Shown piece after piece: positions 35,277-49,087 of a stretch of 64,000 bases of DNA. Positions within the stretch are counted from its first letter, which is position 1. Each line of letters opens with the position of its first letter. The stretch lies in the NCBI GenBank assembly GCA_040437565.1, contig JBDOQK010000036.1:248001-312000 (forward strand), given 5' to 3'. The notes beneath the pieces are model-generated. The model saw only the letters and a program-made list of their open reading frames with translations. It did not search any database and was not told the origin of the DNA. This DNA is from Albugo candida (taxonomy: Eukaryota). The translations under genes and the position numbers were made by a program.

Positions 35277-38200
35277 TCATGCCACTCCGACTGTCACGAG
35301 CATCTGTGATCGATCCGACTTGACCCACGATACGCCCTGTGTGGTCTTTGCTTCCTTGAAAACGATACGCACAGGCTTTTGACGCACCAATGCGACGTGA
35401 ATGACGTCTAAAAACTCAACTGACAGCGCTCTGTGAAGCAAACTTTGGACTATCCGGCAAAGACTTTGCACCAATTCGGTCTTTTGATCCACACACAACA
35501 GCAAATCGGCTTCACCTTTGACATGCAGCACGATGTAATCATCGGGAAGCGTGCTCATAGAAACCCCAGAGATCAGTGCGAGGTCGACTGCACGACGTTC
35601 TTTGGGCTTGGCGACCTGAGCAGCTTTGACATTGAATATATGCGTCTCGGTCACGACTAAAATACGGTCCTGATGGGCAAAGCGCTCATTCACTTTGGTG
35701 ACCGTGGCAGCAAACACAATCGACGACGAGGATCCTCTCGCGCTCAAAATGCCCTGATACGCTGGATAATTGGCGAGACCGATGTAATCGCCACGAAACT
35801 CACGATCCAATGTCCCTCGTCGACGCTTTTTTTTGCCCATGAACCGCTCGAATTCAGACCGGACGCCCAGCAATGCAACTTTACAAGCGGCCTGAAGCGG
35901 AGCTGGAAGATTCTTTCGTGTGCTGTACCCTCGAAGTCGTCGGCTGATTTCAATTTGTGCGGCTCGGAGACGAAGAAAAGCNNNNNNNNNNNNNNNNNNN
36001 NNNNNNNNNNNNNNNNNNNNNNNNNNNNNNNNNNNNNNNNNNNNNNNNNNNNNNNNNNNNNNNNNNNNNNNNNNNNNNNNNCTTTGGTGACCGTGGCAGC
36101 AAACACAATCGACGACGAGGATCCTCTCGCGCTCAAAATGCCCTGATACGCTGGATAATTGGCGAGACCGATGTAATCGCCACGAAACTCACGATCCAAT
36201 GTCCCTCGTCGACGCTTTTTTTTGCCCATGAACCGCTCGAATTCAGACCGGACGCCCAGCAATGCAACTTTACAAGCGGCCTGAAGCGGAGCTGGAAGAT
36301 TCTTTCGTGTGCTGTACCCTCGAAGTCGTCGGCTGATTTCAATTTGTGCGGCTCGGAGACGAAGAAAAGCACGACGATGAATTCGAGCTCGTGCAAAACT
36401 CTGTGCGAATATAATTACATTCTCTTTTTCCTCCCGTGCCAGCCGTAATGAGAACCCATTGTCAGCGTTTAGAAGCATGCCGCTTGTATCATTCCACGAC
36501 GTCCTCAGCGCAGTCACATGCGTCTTATCATTCGCACCAGGTCGACGCATTCTGCGAGCGAAGCAGTTGGCGAGAACGGCTTGATATGCGCGATTCAAGT
36601 CATAATACGCAAGCGCGAATTTGACGATCACGAGACGTTTCTACAGAGAAGATTAAGCACAAACACGATAGCGAATATGGAGCCGGGTACCTTGTATCGA
36701 CGCCAGGCGCCCTCGATGAACCCGACAACCTCAGGGAGCTTCTTCTCTCGGAGCACCTCGAGCGCTGAAAGCGCTTGTGGATGCTTTAAGAACAGTTTTG
36801 TCCGTCCAAGCGAGAAAGACCCCAACGTATTCGAATCCTCTTCAAACGGAATCAGTTCGCCAGTGTCCACACCGATCGTCGGAGTTGATAACAACGCCAA
36901 GGTCGCTTGTCTCTGCATGAAAAATGAGCCTTTCAAAGAAACAATTTGTAAGCCTCACACATACCGCGGAATGGAAGCTTGAATTCGGCCAAGTCGCCTT
37001 GGAAAGAAACTTGTACCGCTGAAGAAAGCTCGCATACACTTGACGATAACAAAAGCCTTGACGCCTGACGACCAAATTCTCTACCAGCCCAAGATTGCGT
37101 ACTTGTTCATGCAGTAATTCCTCATCAATGGTCAATGCGGCTTTTGTATCATTAGGCTTTATGCATCGAATGTAATGCGGATGACATCCGTCCAATTTGG
37201 TAATTAGCAGCTCAACCTGACTTCGAAATTGCTGGGAAGTCGATGGTGGGCGCTTCAGCTTCTCTTCTTCGGTCCGTTTATCACAAAAGAGCTCAGCGAC
37301 AAATGGAATACAGGATTCCTGCATTCCACGATGCAAATCATTGAACAGTGTGTCGACATTCACTTCGAAAAACATGGACACGTCGTACTCGACTTTGCCA
37401 GCGTAATGCAAGATCGTGAAGAATGGACCCTGCACTTTAGACTTGACGTAATGCGGATGACTCGAATGAGCGGCGTTGTAGCGTTCAATAAGCTCCAAAT
37501 CCGACAGGCGGGCGATAGCGCACTGCTCATCCAACAATGGAAACAATCCGTGGATTTTTGGATCGTCAATCAGATCGCACACACGCTGATTATTGCTGTA
37601 TTCCATTGTTTGCCAAGCGAGACCTTCCTGTACATATTCGGCTTGCTCGACATCGAGCGTCTGAGCCAGGAACAAGCGTTGAAGCTTCTCATTCACGTAA
37701 TTGATACAAAGCTGTTCGAACGCGTTCACGTGGAAAATCTCAAAGCCGTAAATGTCCAAGATACCGATACTATTCCGGACGGCTTGCTTGGTCAACGGCG
37801 AATCGGTTCGAACGCTCTGATTCACACGGACAACGAGCCAGGTGAAGATTTTCTCGTACAAAGACCGCGAGAGCGAATGACACACTTTTTTGGCTTGACG
37901 AGCATCAAATAATACTTTCTGATCCGCGTTCCCAATAGAAAGGATGCGGTGTGTGATCATACTTTCAAGTTTCTGTTCCTGGACACCAAGCAAACAAGCG
38001 ACGATCTCCATGGCTCTACGTCCGGAAACCTTAGCGGGATGCGAGGTATCGGCCCAAGTCGTCAGTTTCGCACAAGGATTATGAGCTTCATCGGTAGTCT
38101 CTTCAAATTGTATCTCGCCAATCCAAAGGACGACAGCGAGCATTTGATACAGCAAATGGATCTCTTCCGATGAGATTCCAATGGCCTGCATATTGTCGAC

Positions 38201-39007
38201 AACATTATGATACTCGACGGAATCATCGACGCCTTCAATGGTAGTCACTTGATTGTAATCATTGGTCAAGCACGTGTACGCTTCAGCTGGCAATAGAGTC
38301 CATTCCTGTCGATCTTGCTCGGTCGCACCGGCCAAAAGCTGATAGAACGCGTGGAAATTACGCTCTCCTTCTGCCTGATGGACAACTCGACTTTTTTCCA
38401 GTAGATAGTGATCAATGTACCCGGCAAAGACCTGGCCTTTACGATTGAATTGGAGGACAATGTATTTTCCGAACCGCGAGCTGTTGTTATTCCGTATCGT
38501 TTGAGCATTCCCGAAAGCTTCCAGGACATTATTGCTTCCCCATAACGCTTTAGTGACATGTTGCACTAATGTATCCATTTCGTTACGCTCTTCGATCGAC
38601 ATTCGACGCTTTTTCGCGAGGAGATTTACGTGTGTGCTCATTGTGGTTATGTATTGCATCACGTGTTTGGATGTCTCAGTCTTACCGCTACCGCTTTCTC
38701 CCGTTATGAGCAACGATTGGTTGCGATCAAAGCGCATGATGTTGGAGTACGCGGCTTCTGCGATTGCGTATGGATGTGGCTCAGAAAGATGGAATTCCTG
38801 ACGACGAAAGGATTCCATAATGGAGAGGTCGTAGAGGGAGACCCGTTTTTTCGTTTCGGGGTGCAGAGTGGAGAGCGCTTTGTATGGATTGATTGCGATG
38901 AGAACAGGTCCAAGAAATGTGTAAATTCTGCTTTTTTCGTAACGGGATTGTAACTCGTTGGCGATGGAAGACGCATCAACGCTCTCAAGCATGAGCAGGT
39001 TCTTCAT
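35277..39007 (-). CDS. Class I-like myosin (motor + IQ + TH1 tail)
   Basis: P-loop GESGSGKT, switch I NNNSSRFGK, switch II LDIYGFE, LCINYVNEKLQ and HYIRCIKPN, followed by IQ-like motifs and a TH1 tail (GKKKRRR..FRGDY..VTKVN..QDRILVVTE). Introns and a gap-flank duplication are present. Confidence 0.92.
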
Positions 39008-39685
39008 TGTCGCGCGAAAAAGAGATTAGCGAATAATTAGTCGAAATGGAGCGCTGAATGCTTATCTTATGCTTATGCTTTGCTCTCTGGCTTCTATTTT
39101 AGAGTGTAACCGCGTAACTAGGGATGAGGCTGTACTTTCTGGAGTAGTCAGAGGGGTTACAGTACCATGAAGTAGGTACACTGTACCAGGTGTTTATGAA
39201 GGATGTTTAGAATGGCTTTTAGTGACGCTAGCGAATTGTGATAATGAGAGATTACAAACAAGTGATTTGCATTACTTGGATTAGTCACATAGGTGTACAC
39301 GTCTTTTGGGTGATGTATGCTCTATAGTGTTGATAATTTGATTCTATTTTATATGATAGAGTGATGCACGATGTAATAACGGGGCACCTCTTTGGAAAGC
39401 ATAGGACACGCAAAGAACGTAGCAAACATCCGGGCGACAGAATATTCTCAGATATCGGAACTCGTGAAAGATGCATACACGACTCGTAAGAAAGCGATAG
39501 TAACGCGAAAGAGACGAACCTGCGCATCATAAATCTATCGTTGTGTCTATTATTATTCCGTGTAATAGAATCCGCTGCGACATTCTTTGTGGTGACAAAA
39601 ATTTTTCATCCAGCGCGGTCAAAATGTACGTTGAAGCTCAAGTAAAATACATTAGATGGATTTTATTGGGTAAAAAAGTTTGAAT

Positions 39686-40768
39686 TTAATTTTCGATTTT
39701 GACGGGAGCTTTGGCTTGTCGAGCTTTGTTCAGCAGACGGAGGTAGAGAACGAATTGCCGCATTCCGTCAGTGATAGTTTTCTCGTAAATAGTGTGAGAA
39801 ATGAGCGTCAAAAACTCATCACGACGATGAAGAGACATGTCGATTCGTTTGATCCAAGCCAGTAGTTTTGCGAGGATTATAATCTTGGGATCATCTTCCT
39901 TGATCTGGGAAAACATCGCACTGACTGCATCGTACTCGAAATCCTCATCCAAAGTTGCCCGGATGGATTCTTCGATTGTTGTCATTTCCTCTTCCATAAA
40001 TGCTTCCAACGATTCAACGATCGTGGTGATTGCAAGCTGTATATCTTGAGCATCATTTTGTGCGAGTTTGTCTTTCGCACTTTGCACCGCCGAATGAAAA
40101 GAGTCCAACGATACTGTCATTGTGTATTGCACACCAGCCAAAATGGATCGTTCTTCATTCAGAGCTTCCTTCAACTGTGCAACATATTCGACATGCTGCG
40201 TAAAAAGAGTCAGCCATTCAGAAAACGAATGACGACATTCTGAAGAAATACAATCAATTTCCTGCTTGCCGATTAATTGACGCAAGCACGTGATATCTTC
40301 GTAAATGCACTGATTCAGTAGTGTGAACCCAAATCGAGTCCAGCCACATTTTAATACATCCTGTCCCCAAGGCGAAGATAACTTTGGCAATTTGTCACCA
40401 AGCCTTTGAGGAGACCCATCCGTTCCTTCTTCCTCCTCCTGGTTCGATACATCCAATTCATTATGACTATTAAGTCGACTACGATTGAAAAAAGTTCGAA
40501 CGGATCGCACAAAAGACGACTTACGGTCGAGAAATAAAGTCGGGCGACTTCGTGCCTCAACAATCGCCGAACTTCTCACTTTGAGCCATTTAATCGTATT
40601 ATGAATTGTTCCTGTCGATTTTGTTTCTTTCTGATCCGTTTGATTTTGCTCAAGCATTTCCAGTTCCGCAAGCTTTTCACAGAGCTCATCCCGTTCCTCA
40701 AGCGCTTTGGTAACGTTCACGATTGGTTCATAAGTACTCTCGTTTTGTTTCGCAGTGTTCAAAGTCAT
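39686..40768 (-). CDS. Hypothetical helical protein (N-terminal coiled coil; possibly hemerythrin-like bundle)
   Basis: 360-aa uninterrupted ORF with amphipathic helical composition; no motif recognised with confidence. Confidence 0.6.
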   Translation of the reverse strand: MTLNTAKQNESTYEPIVNVTKALEERDELCEKLAELEMLEQNQTDQKETKSTGTIHNTIKWLKVRSSAIVEARSRPTLFLDRKSSFVRSVRTFFNRSRLNSHNELDVSNQEEEEGTDGSPQRLGDKLPKLSSPWGQDVLKCGWTRFGFTLLNQCIYEDITCLRQLIGKQEIDCISSECRHSFSEWLTLFTQHVEYVAQLKEALNEERSILAGVQYTMTVSLDSFHSAVQSAKDKLAQNDAQDIQLAITTIVESLEAFMEEEMTTIEESIRATLDEDFEYDAVSAMFSQIKEDDPKIIILAKLLAWIKRIDMSLHRRDEFLTLISHTIYEKTITDGMRQFVLYLRLLNKARQAKAPVKIEN

Positions 40769-40976
40769 TTTTTCGTGGTGATTGCTGTCGCAATGAGCGA
40801 TGCAAATTAGCTTGTCGGAAGTACGTAAAATCGCTCTTCATTAATATTTCCACCAATCTGATGACTGGAACATATTGATTGGATGCTTTTCTGCTCTCGT
40901 ACTTTACAGAACCGTAACGGAACATTTGTTTCTTCGAAAAGATTGTCGCCAGTGAAAAAGGAAACTTGCCAAGAAA

Positions 40977-43900
40977 ATGGCAGAAAAGGAAGGGGAACGC
41001 GTCGGATTGACGTCCAAAGGGCAGTTTGATCAAGACATTTACGGTACAAATGATGAATTTGGAGGGTTTGATCACACTATCGGCCCAGAAGAAGATAAAG
41101 AGCTCAAAGAAAAACATGCGAAAAATTCCGATAAACAGAAACTCACAGAAGGGCTCGTGGATGAAAATCACGATCCTTTTGCTGACGCACAAGCAGAAAA
41201 TGGCTCTGGGGTCGTTAATACGCGAATCATTGATCGAGAGAATTCGTATCGGAAACGTCGTTTTGACCGAGTGTTATCGCCTGAAAGAAGCGATGTGTTT
41301 GACGGGAAAACACCTCAGCGAAGCTACAAAGACATTATGCAGTCGCAACAGCTCGAAGCAGAACGTGCAGAAGTCATTCGGAAGATACAAAAGCAACAAG
41401 ATGAAGAAATCGCGAATGGTAAGCTTGAAAAGCCAGCAGGAAATGAGAAAGAAAAAGTGAAAAAGAGAAAAATGCGGTGGGATGATCCAGGAAGTGGGTC
41501 CGGATCAGGCATTGATGCTAAGACAGATGTGGAATCCTCGTCTGGATGGGATACTGATGAAAGCTCAATGGCGGAAGACCCTAATTCTGGTCGATCTTCT
41601 CGTTGGGATATAACCCCGGTGGCAGGTGGTCAAGAAGGCTCAAAATGGGACGTGACTCCAGCGTCCAAGAATTTGAGAGAGAAATCTGGTCGGTGGGACG
41701 AAACCCCAGCATCAAAAACTCCCGGCCAATCAAAATGGGACCAAACAACAGTGACTCCCACCCCAAATTTGATGACTCCATTAGCAGGAACTTCAAAACG
41801 CTCGCGATGGGATGAGACTCCGATCGCATCCAATGACGTTGCAACCCCTCAACGTGGGCAAATGACACCGAGCGGAGTCATTTCGAACGATCTGTTGACT
41901 GGTGCAATGACACCCGAAATGGCGCAGAGGCTTCGTTGGGAGCGAGAAATTGAAGAAAGAAATCGACCTTTGGCTGAGGAGGAATTGGATGCAATGTTCC
42001 CAAATACTGGTTATAAAATTCTGGATCCGCCCGCTTCATATATTCCGATTCGAACACCTTCAAGAAAACTTATGACAACACCGACTCCAATGGGAGGAAC
42101 GCCAGGCTTCATGATGCAGTCTACACCTGCGAGAGAAGATTATGGTATTCCAATACCGTCGACTCCGTCAGGAGATGTCCCATTCATTAAGCCCGAAGAT
42201 TACCAGTATTTTGGCAAACTGATGGATGAAGTTGACGAAGAGGCATTAGAGCCGGAAGCAGCTAGAGAGCGCAAGATCATGCGTTTACTACTCAAGATCA
42301 AGAATGGAACACCTCCCCAAAGAAAAACGGCTTTGCGGCAAATCACCGATAAAGCATGCGAATTTGGTGCAGGTCCTTTGTTCAATCAAATACTACCGCT
42401 GCTCATGTCGCCTACTCTGGAAGATCAGGAACGTCATTTATTGGTCAAAGTCATTGATCGGATTCTGTACAAACTCGATGATCTAGTACGCCCTTATGTC
42501 CACAAGATCCTTGTCGTGATTGAGCCACTTTTGATCGATGAAGACTATTACGCGCGTGTCGAAGGTCGAGAGATCATTTCTAATCTTGCAAAAGCAGCGG
42601 GACTTGCCACTATGATCTCCACTATGCGACCAGATATTGATAGTACCGACGAGTATGTACGAAATACAACAGCTCGAGCATTCGCGGTGGTAGCGTCAGC
42701 TTTGGGCATCCCCGCATTGCTCCCATTTCTCAAAGCGGTTTGTCAGTCTCGTAAATCATGGCAAGCTCGTCATACAGGCATCAAGATTGTCCAGCAAGTC
42801 GCAATCCTAATGGGATGTGCTATCCTTCCCCATCTGAAACACCTTGTTGAAATTATCGAACATGGTTTGATCGATGAGCAAAAAGTGCGTACGATTACAG
42901 CATTAGCTTTGGCGGCTTTGGCGGAAGCGGCTCATCCGTATGGTATCGAGTCGTTCGACTCTGTTCTCCGACCTCTGTGGAAAGGTATTCGGCAACATCG
43001 TGGCAAAGGTCTGGCTGCTTTTCTCAAATCGATTGGATTTATCATTCCACTAATGGACGCACATTATGCGAATTACTACACACGAGAAGTTATGGTCATT
43101 CTTATCCGTGAGTTTCAATCTCCTGATGAAGAAATGAAAAAGATTGTGCTCAAAGTTGTCAAACAGTGTGTTTCTACGGAGGGCGTGGACCCTGCTTACG
43201 TGAAAGAACGCATCCTTCCCGAGTTTTTTCGTCACTTTTGGGTCCGTCGTATGGCTTTGGATCGACGCAATTACCGCCAACTTGTCGAAACGACAGTGGA
43301 GCTCGCGAATAATGTCGGTGCCTCAGACATTATCGCTCGAATTGTCGATGACCTTAAAGACGAAAGCGAACCGTATCGTCGAATGGTTATGGAAGCCATA
43401 CAAAAAATTATCACGAATCTTGGCGCTAGTGATATTGCACCGGATTTAGAAGAGAAACTGATTGATGGTATCTTGTACGCGTTCCAAGAGCAGTCCTCCG
43501 ACGATACGCTGGTCATGCTGACAGGATTCGGTACAATTGTCAACGCGCTGGGTATCCGAGCTAAAAATTACCTGCCTCAAATTTGTGGTACAATCAAATG
43601 GAGACTGAATAACAAACCGGCCAAGGTTCGCATGCAAGCTGCAGATCTGATCAACCGCATTGCTGTTGTGATGAAAACGTGTGACCAAGAACAGTTGATG
43701 GGGCATATGGGAGTGGTTTTGTACGAGTACCTTGGAGAAGAATACCCCGAAGTGCTTGGTAGCATTCTTGGCGCTTTGAAAGCCATTGTGAATGTGATCG
43801 GAATGACAAAAATGACACCACCAATCAAAGATCTTTTACCTCGACTGACACCCATTTTGAAGAATCGACATGAAAAGGTACAAGAAAATTGCATTGATCT

Positions 43901-44702
43901 TGTCGGTCGGATCGCAGATCGAGGCGCTGAATTCGTCTCTGCTCGGGAATGGATGCGTATTTGTTTCGAGCTATTGGAAATGCTAAAGGCACACAAAAAG
44001 GGAATACGTCGTGCTGCTGTCAACACTTTTGGATACATTGCCAAAGCGATCGGACCACAGGACGTATTACACACACTTTTGAACAATCTCAAGGTCCAAG
44101 AACGTCAGAATCGAGTTTGTACCACTGTGGCAATCGCAATTGTAGCCGAAACATGTTCTCCTTTCACTGTGGTACCTGCTTTGATGAATGAGTATCGAGT
44201 TCCCGAATTGAATGTCCAAAATGGCGTCTTGAAGGCTTTCTCATTCATGTTCGAGTACATTGGCGAGATGGGTAAAGATTATATCTACGCGGTGACACCT
44301 TTGCTCCAAGACGCTCTGATGGATCGGGATTTGGTTCATCGGCAAACAGCGTGCACTACTGTGAAGCATATCGCATTGGGCGTCGCAGGATTGGGATGTG
44401 AAGATGCATTAGTCCATCTGCTTAATTACGTCTGGCCAAATATCTTTGAGACTTCACCACATGTGATCAATGCGGTCTTTGATGCTATTGTGGGCTGCCG
44501 AGTGGCTTTGGGACCGCATGTCATTCTTCAGTACGTATTACAAGGTCTTTTTCACCCCGCACGACGCGTCCGAGAGGTCTATTGGAAGATTTACAACTCG
44601 CTGTACATGTACGCGCAAGATGCATTGACGCCCGCGTATCCGCGGATCCAAGACGATGGAGTCAACATGTACAATCGCACTTATCTGGAACTGTGTATCT
44701 AG
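40977..44702 (+). CDS. SF3B1: Splicing factor 3B subunit 1 (SF3b155), intronless
   Basis: N-terminal ULM (RWD/KWD) and TP repeats, and highly conserved HEAT repeats ([45 protein letters not shown]). Confidence 0.99.
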   Translation: MAEKEGERVGLTSKGQFDQDIYGTNDEFGGFDHTIGPEEDKELKEKHAKNSDKQKLTEGLVDENHDPFADAQAENGSGVVNTRIIDRENSYRKRRFDRVLSPERSDVFDGKTPQRSYKDIMQSQQLEAERAEVIRKIQKQQDEEIANGKLEKPAGNEKEKVKKRKMRWDDPGSGSGSGIDAKTDVESSSGWDTDESSMAEDPNSGRSSRWDITPVAGGQEGSKWDVTPASKNLREKSGRWDETPASKTPGQSKWDQTTVTPTPNLMTPLAGTSKRSRWDETPIASNDVATPQRGQMTPSGVISNDLLTGAMTPEMAQRLRWEREIEERNRPLAEEELDAMFPNTGYKILDPPASYIPIRTPSRKLMTTPTPMGGTPGFMMQSTPAREDYGIPIPSTPSGDVPFIKPEDYQYFGKLMDEVDEEALEPEAARERKIMRLLLKIKNGTPPQRKTALRQITDKACEFGAGPLFNQILPLLMSPTLEDQERHLLVKVIDRILYKLDDLVRPYVHKILVVIEPLLIDEDYYARVEGREIISNLAKAAGLATMISTMRPDIDSTDEYVRNTTARAFAVVASALGIPALLPFLKAVCQSRKSWQARHTGIKIVQQVAILMGCAILPHLKHLVEIIEHGLIDEQKVRTITALALAALAEAAHPYGIESFDSVLRPLWKGIRQHRGKGLAAFLKSIGFIIPLMDAHYANYYTREVMVILIREFQSPDEEMKKIVLKVVKQCVSTEGVDPAYVKERILPEFFRHFWVRRMALDRRNYRQLVETTVELANNVGASDIIARIVDDLKDESEPYRRMVMEAIQKIITNLGASDIAPDLEEKLIDGILYAFQEQSSDDTLVMLTGFGTIVNALGIRAKNYLPQICGTIKWRLNNKPAKVRMQAADLINRIAVVMKTCDQEQLMGHMGVVLYEYLGEEYPEVLGSILGALKAIVNVIGMTKMTPPIKDLLPRLTPILKNRHEKVQENCIDLVGRIADRGAEFVSAREWMRICFELLEMLKAHKKGIRRAAVNTFGYIAKAIGPQDVLHTLLNNLKVQERQNRVCTTVAIAIVAETCSPFTVVPALMNEYRVPELNVQNGVLKAFSFMFEYIGEMGKDYIYAVTPLLQDALMDRDLVHRQTACTTVKHIALGVAGLGCEDALVHLLNYVWPNIFETSPHVINAVFDAIVGCRVALGPHVILQYVLQGLFHPARRVREVYWKIYNSLYMYAQDALTPAYPRIQDDGVNMYNRTYLELCI

Positions 44703-45073
44703 ATTAGTGTGTGTGTTTAATATGAGATAACTTGAATTGTGTTGCACATAACTTATAGAGAGGTACAATGATTAGGGCTGGGAGGGTATGATTACGTAGC
44801 CCCCTCTGTAATGTTACCACGGTCGTGTATTGGAGGAGATACGGTAGTGGCACTGGCGATGAATGGCGTTCTTTCTGATATAAAAAGACTTTATAGCTCA
44901 TCTCGACGCATTTATTTCTGGTTTATTGGGCTGCGTTATAGGATTCCGCATTTCTACCGACCTTGACACGTCTTCTCGCCAATTCTCCGTGTAGATTTAA
45001 TACTAGTGCCGGTAGAAACCTTTTATACGCTCAAGTAATTCAGAGCCTTTTGGTCTCTTGTGCGCGCGTAAAA

Positions 45074-48000
45074 ATGGCACCCTCTTTCATCTCACAGCTG
45101 ATGGCATCCAACGCGATGTTGCCTCATCCGACAGAGCTATCTAATGACCATAAACAGCATAATCGTACACACCCAAACGACTTTATTACATCGCTAATAC
45201 CAAACCAAAAAGCAGCGCTAACAAAAAGAGAGAAAATGCGTCCGCTTTTGCCGCCTTTCACAGACGACAGTTCCGTCCACATTTTTAATCCGAGAAAGAC
45301 CATTCTCAACCAATCGAAGCGATCAGTACAGTTACCATTGCAATTGGCATCCGATTCGGATCCATTGGACGAAAGCACCAAAGCTTCGCGGGAGCGCATG
45401 TCGGATGAGATTTTGGTCGATGTTGCTTGGAGTCATCAGATCAAAGTACAGAATTTTTTTCAGACGCTTGAGAGCGGGAAATCGGAACGAACGTCATTGA
45501 CAGCGACGATATCTGAGAGCTCATCCATTGATGAAGTGGTTTTGGACACCAGCGCACCAGTTGAGCCGAGCGAGAAAAATGGAGGATCCAAGCGTCAACG
45601 TGCAGCTAATGCACTCGCAGACTTATTTTCAGGGTCTGCTTCGAGCACAATCACGACACAGGACGCGGCGAAGAGTAAGAAGACTGTTTCGACATCATCA
45701 CATCCTTTGGCAGCAATGCTACAAGATCGGCAAAAGAGTAGAAAGGAGTCAATTGGAATGAAGAATGCACGTGTCGATATAAGCGCCGGGCTTGATGGTA
45801 TGCTGCAGAAAAAGTTGCAATCTGAGGAGAAACTGGATACGGGAGATTGTAAGGATGCAGCTGATCCTCAAGGAAAAACAAAACTTGCACTGAAAGACGA
45901 CCCAATCTATCAGCAGTATTTCAAAATGCTCAAAGTTGGGCTACCGCGTCCCTCTGTCGAACACAAAATGCGAGCGGATCATATCGNNNNNNNNNNNNNN
46001 NNNNNNNNNNNNNNNNNNNNNNNNNNNNNNNNNNNNNNNNNNNNNNNNNNNNNNNNNNNNNNNNNNNNNNNNNNNNNNNNNNNNNNGGAATGAAGAATGC
46101 ACGTGTCGATATAAGCGCCGGGCTTGATGGTATGCTGCAGAAAAAGTTGCAATCTGAGGAGAAACTGGATACGGGAGATTGTAAGGATGCAGCTGATCCT
46201 CAAGGAAAAACAAAACTTGCACTGAAAGACGACCCAATCTATCAGCAGTATTTCAAAATGCTCAAAGTTGGGCTACCGCGTCCCTCTGTCGAACACAAAA
46301 TGCGAGCGGATCATATCGATCCAGCGATATTGGACTGTGATCCTAATTTTCCTCTTCCAGAAAACTTTATCAAGAAAAAGACCGGAGCTTCTGCTTCCAA
46401 CACGCCGAGTCAGCAGCAAGATACCGACAGATTGGAAGCTGAATATCAGCAACAACTCAAGTTGTATCGTGAGAAACTTCCAAGCTATGAACGGATGCTC
46501 AAGGTCGGACTTCCACGGTCTGCTGTCGAACACAAAATGCAATCGGAAGGATGCGATCCGTCGTGGCTGGATAATCCACCAAAACGTAAAATAATCGTCG
46601 CTGAAAATGAGATTTCGTCTGAAGAATTGGAAGCACACAAAAAAAAGTATGAAAAGTTTTTTGCAATGCTACAATACGGAATTGCTCGGGAAGCTGTGGA
46701 GCACAAAATGCGTCAGTCCGGATTGGATCCTGCCGAACTGGACGGTCCAAAACGATCGTCGCATACTATTTCGTCGAGTGGCAGTGATCCTGCCAAAGCA
46801 CCGAGCGGATTCGTGCGTAAAAAACTGCACTGGGAAACTATATCGTATAGTGAAAGAGCAAATCAAAAGTCCAAAAGTGCTTCGACGCAAAGTCTTTGGC
46901 ATTGCGCGATTCAAAAAGGAATTCGTCAAAGCCTCCAAATGTCAGAACAGAACAAATCACAGCTCGAGACGCTTTTTGTCAAAAAGGTATCCGAAACAAG
47001 TCGAAAGCGACCGGTACAACGGAGTCGTGGGGCCGGTGATGCCATAGAGCCGAATGCAGATTGTTCCAAGAGTACAGGTTTGAATCCAAAGCACAAAATC
47101 GCACTTATCGATTTGAAAAAGTCACAAAATATTGCGATTGTACTCGCTCGTGTCAAAATGAACTTTAGCGATCTCCGTCGTGAGGTCTTGGCAATGAATC
47201 CAACGGTACTTTCAACGTCTCAAATCAAAACCCTCATAGAAATGTGGCCGGATCGCACAGAGCAGCAAGCCATCAATGGGTATAAAGGCTCAATAGAGGC
47301 TTTAGGAACGGTACCCTTGACCCTTCGAAAATTTCATTCATCGAATTGACATTTCATTCGCATAGTCCGAGCGGTTTTTTGTCGAGGTACGGAAGGAAAC
47401 GCGATTTCGGGAGCGATTAAGTTGTCTCGTGTTCAAACAAGAATTTTCATCGCGTGTTTTTGAGCTAAGGTGCGTGAACAAACGAGCCGGGATTCAAGTT
47501 TTTAAATGCTAATGATCTACTTTGCGCAGAGAATCTATCCAATTGATCATTCGATCTGTCCATCAAGTGTGCTCGAGCCAGAGTCTTCTCCAAATACTCG
47601 TTTACATTTTGGAAATTGGGAATTTCTTGAATTTCGGTCCGCCTAATAGCACCACGAACATGGCAGACGGCTTCTCTCTGCGGTCCTTGTCCAAATTATC
47701 GCAAACCAAAGCGTTTACAGGGAACACAACCGTGTTGCAGTACATTGTGCAAAGTATCGAGCGAGAAGTCCCCGATTTAGCCCGATTCTATGAAGAGATT
47801 AAGCTGGTTACCAAATGCTCAAAAGTCTCATTGTCGGCTCTCCAGGCCGAGAAGAAGGCGTTGGAAGAAGGGCAGAAAAAAGTGCTTTTTGAGGCCGAAT
47901 CCGTGAANNNNNNNNNNNNNNNNNNNNNNNNNNNNNNNNNNNNNNNNNNNNNNNNNNNNNNNNNNNNNNNNNNNNNNNNNNNNNNNNNNNNNNNNNNNNN

Positions 48001-49087
48001 NNNNNNNTCGAATTGACATTTCATTCGCATAGTCCGAGCGGTTTTTTGTCGAGGTACGGAAGGAAACGCGATTTCGGGAGCGATTAAGTTGTCTCGTGTT
48101 CAAACAAGAATTTTCATCGCGTGTTTTTGAGCTAAGGTGCGTGAACAAACGAGCCGGGATTCAAGTTTTTAAATGCTAATGATCTACTTTGCGCAGAGAA
48201 TCTATCCAATTGATCATTCGATCTGTCCATCAAGTGTGCTCGAGCCAGAGTCTTCTCCAAATACTCGTTTACATTTTGGAAATTGGGAATTTCTTGAATT
48301 TCGGTCCGCCTAATAGCACCACGAACATGGCAGACGGCTTCTCTCTGCGGTCCTTGTCCAAATTATCGCAAACCAAAGCGTTTACAGGGAACACAACCGT
48401 GTTGCAGTACATTGTGCAAAGTATCGAGCGAGAAGTCCCCGATTTAGCCCGATTCTATGAAGAGATTAAGCTGGTTACCAAATGCTCAAAAGTCTCATTG
48501 TCGGCTCTCCAGGCCGAGAAGAAGGCGTTGGAAGAAGGGCAGAAAAAAGTGCTTTTTGAGGCCGAATCCGTGAACCCCTCATCTTTCAGTTTGGATGAGG
48601 AGTTGGCAGCGCCGATTCTCAAGCAATTCGCTTCTGAAGTGAGTCGGGAGCTGGAAGCAATTAACGGGTTGCAGGAGCAAATGGAGGAGATGGTACGTGA
48701 TGTGATCGAGTTGAGGATGGAGACACTGTTGACTGAGGTGTTTATTGGTAGAAAACACGATTTATGGACTATTTTGACGAATCGGAATCGACAGATGATC
48801 TCGATGAGCTTTTATCGCATTTGGCCAATTTTATTGAAGAATTTCAGCATGAAAAACGACAATGGGAAGAACAGAAGAAACGTAAAGACAAAGCTGACGC
48901 GCGAGATAAAAAGTGTCGTGTTTCAACTGCGCAGTTATCTAAAAGCCTTTGCCAAGCATCGCCTTCATCTACATCAATGGACGCAAGAAGACGATCACTT
49001 GAAAACTTGGTGAATTGTACCGAGATTTCGGACGTAAAGGAAGCGGAATGCAAGCAAATCGATAAAGCGACTGTTTCGTGTGCATAA
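45074..49087 (+). CDS. Formin (FH2 domain) with three CCDC53/DUF2360-like repeats
   Basis: FH2 motifs RKKLHWETI..SLW, LIDLKKSQNIAIVL and LEIGNFLN..ADGFSLRSLSKL..TK..TVLQYIV. Three introns and two gap-flank duplications. Confidence 0.92.

Noticed and set aside
45765-48570. Apparent fourth formin repeat and duplicated FH2 exons
   Set aside because: These are exact copies across the gaps at 45987 and 47908.
8847-49087. Cluster of cytoskeleton/trafficking genes (Rac, TBC, PX, PH, myosin, formin)
   Set aside because: They are interspersed with unrelated housekeeping genes and belong to large families, with no evidence of co-regulation.
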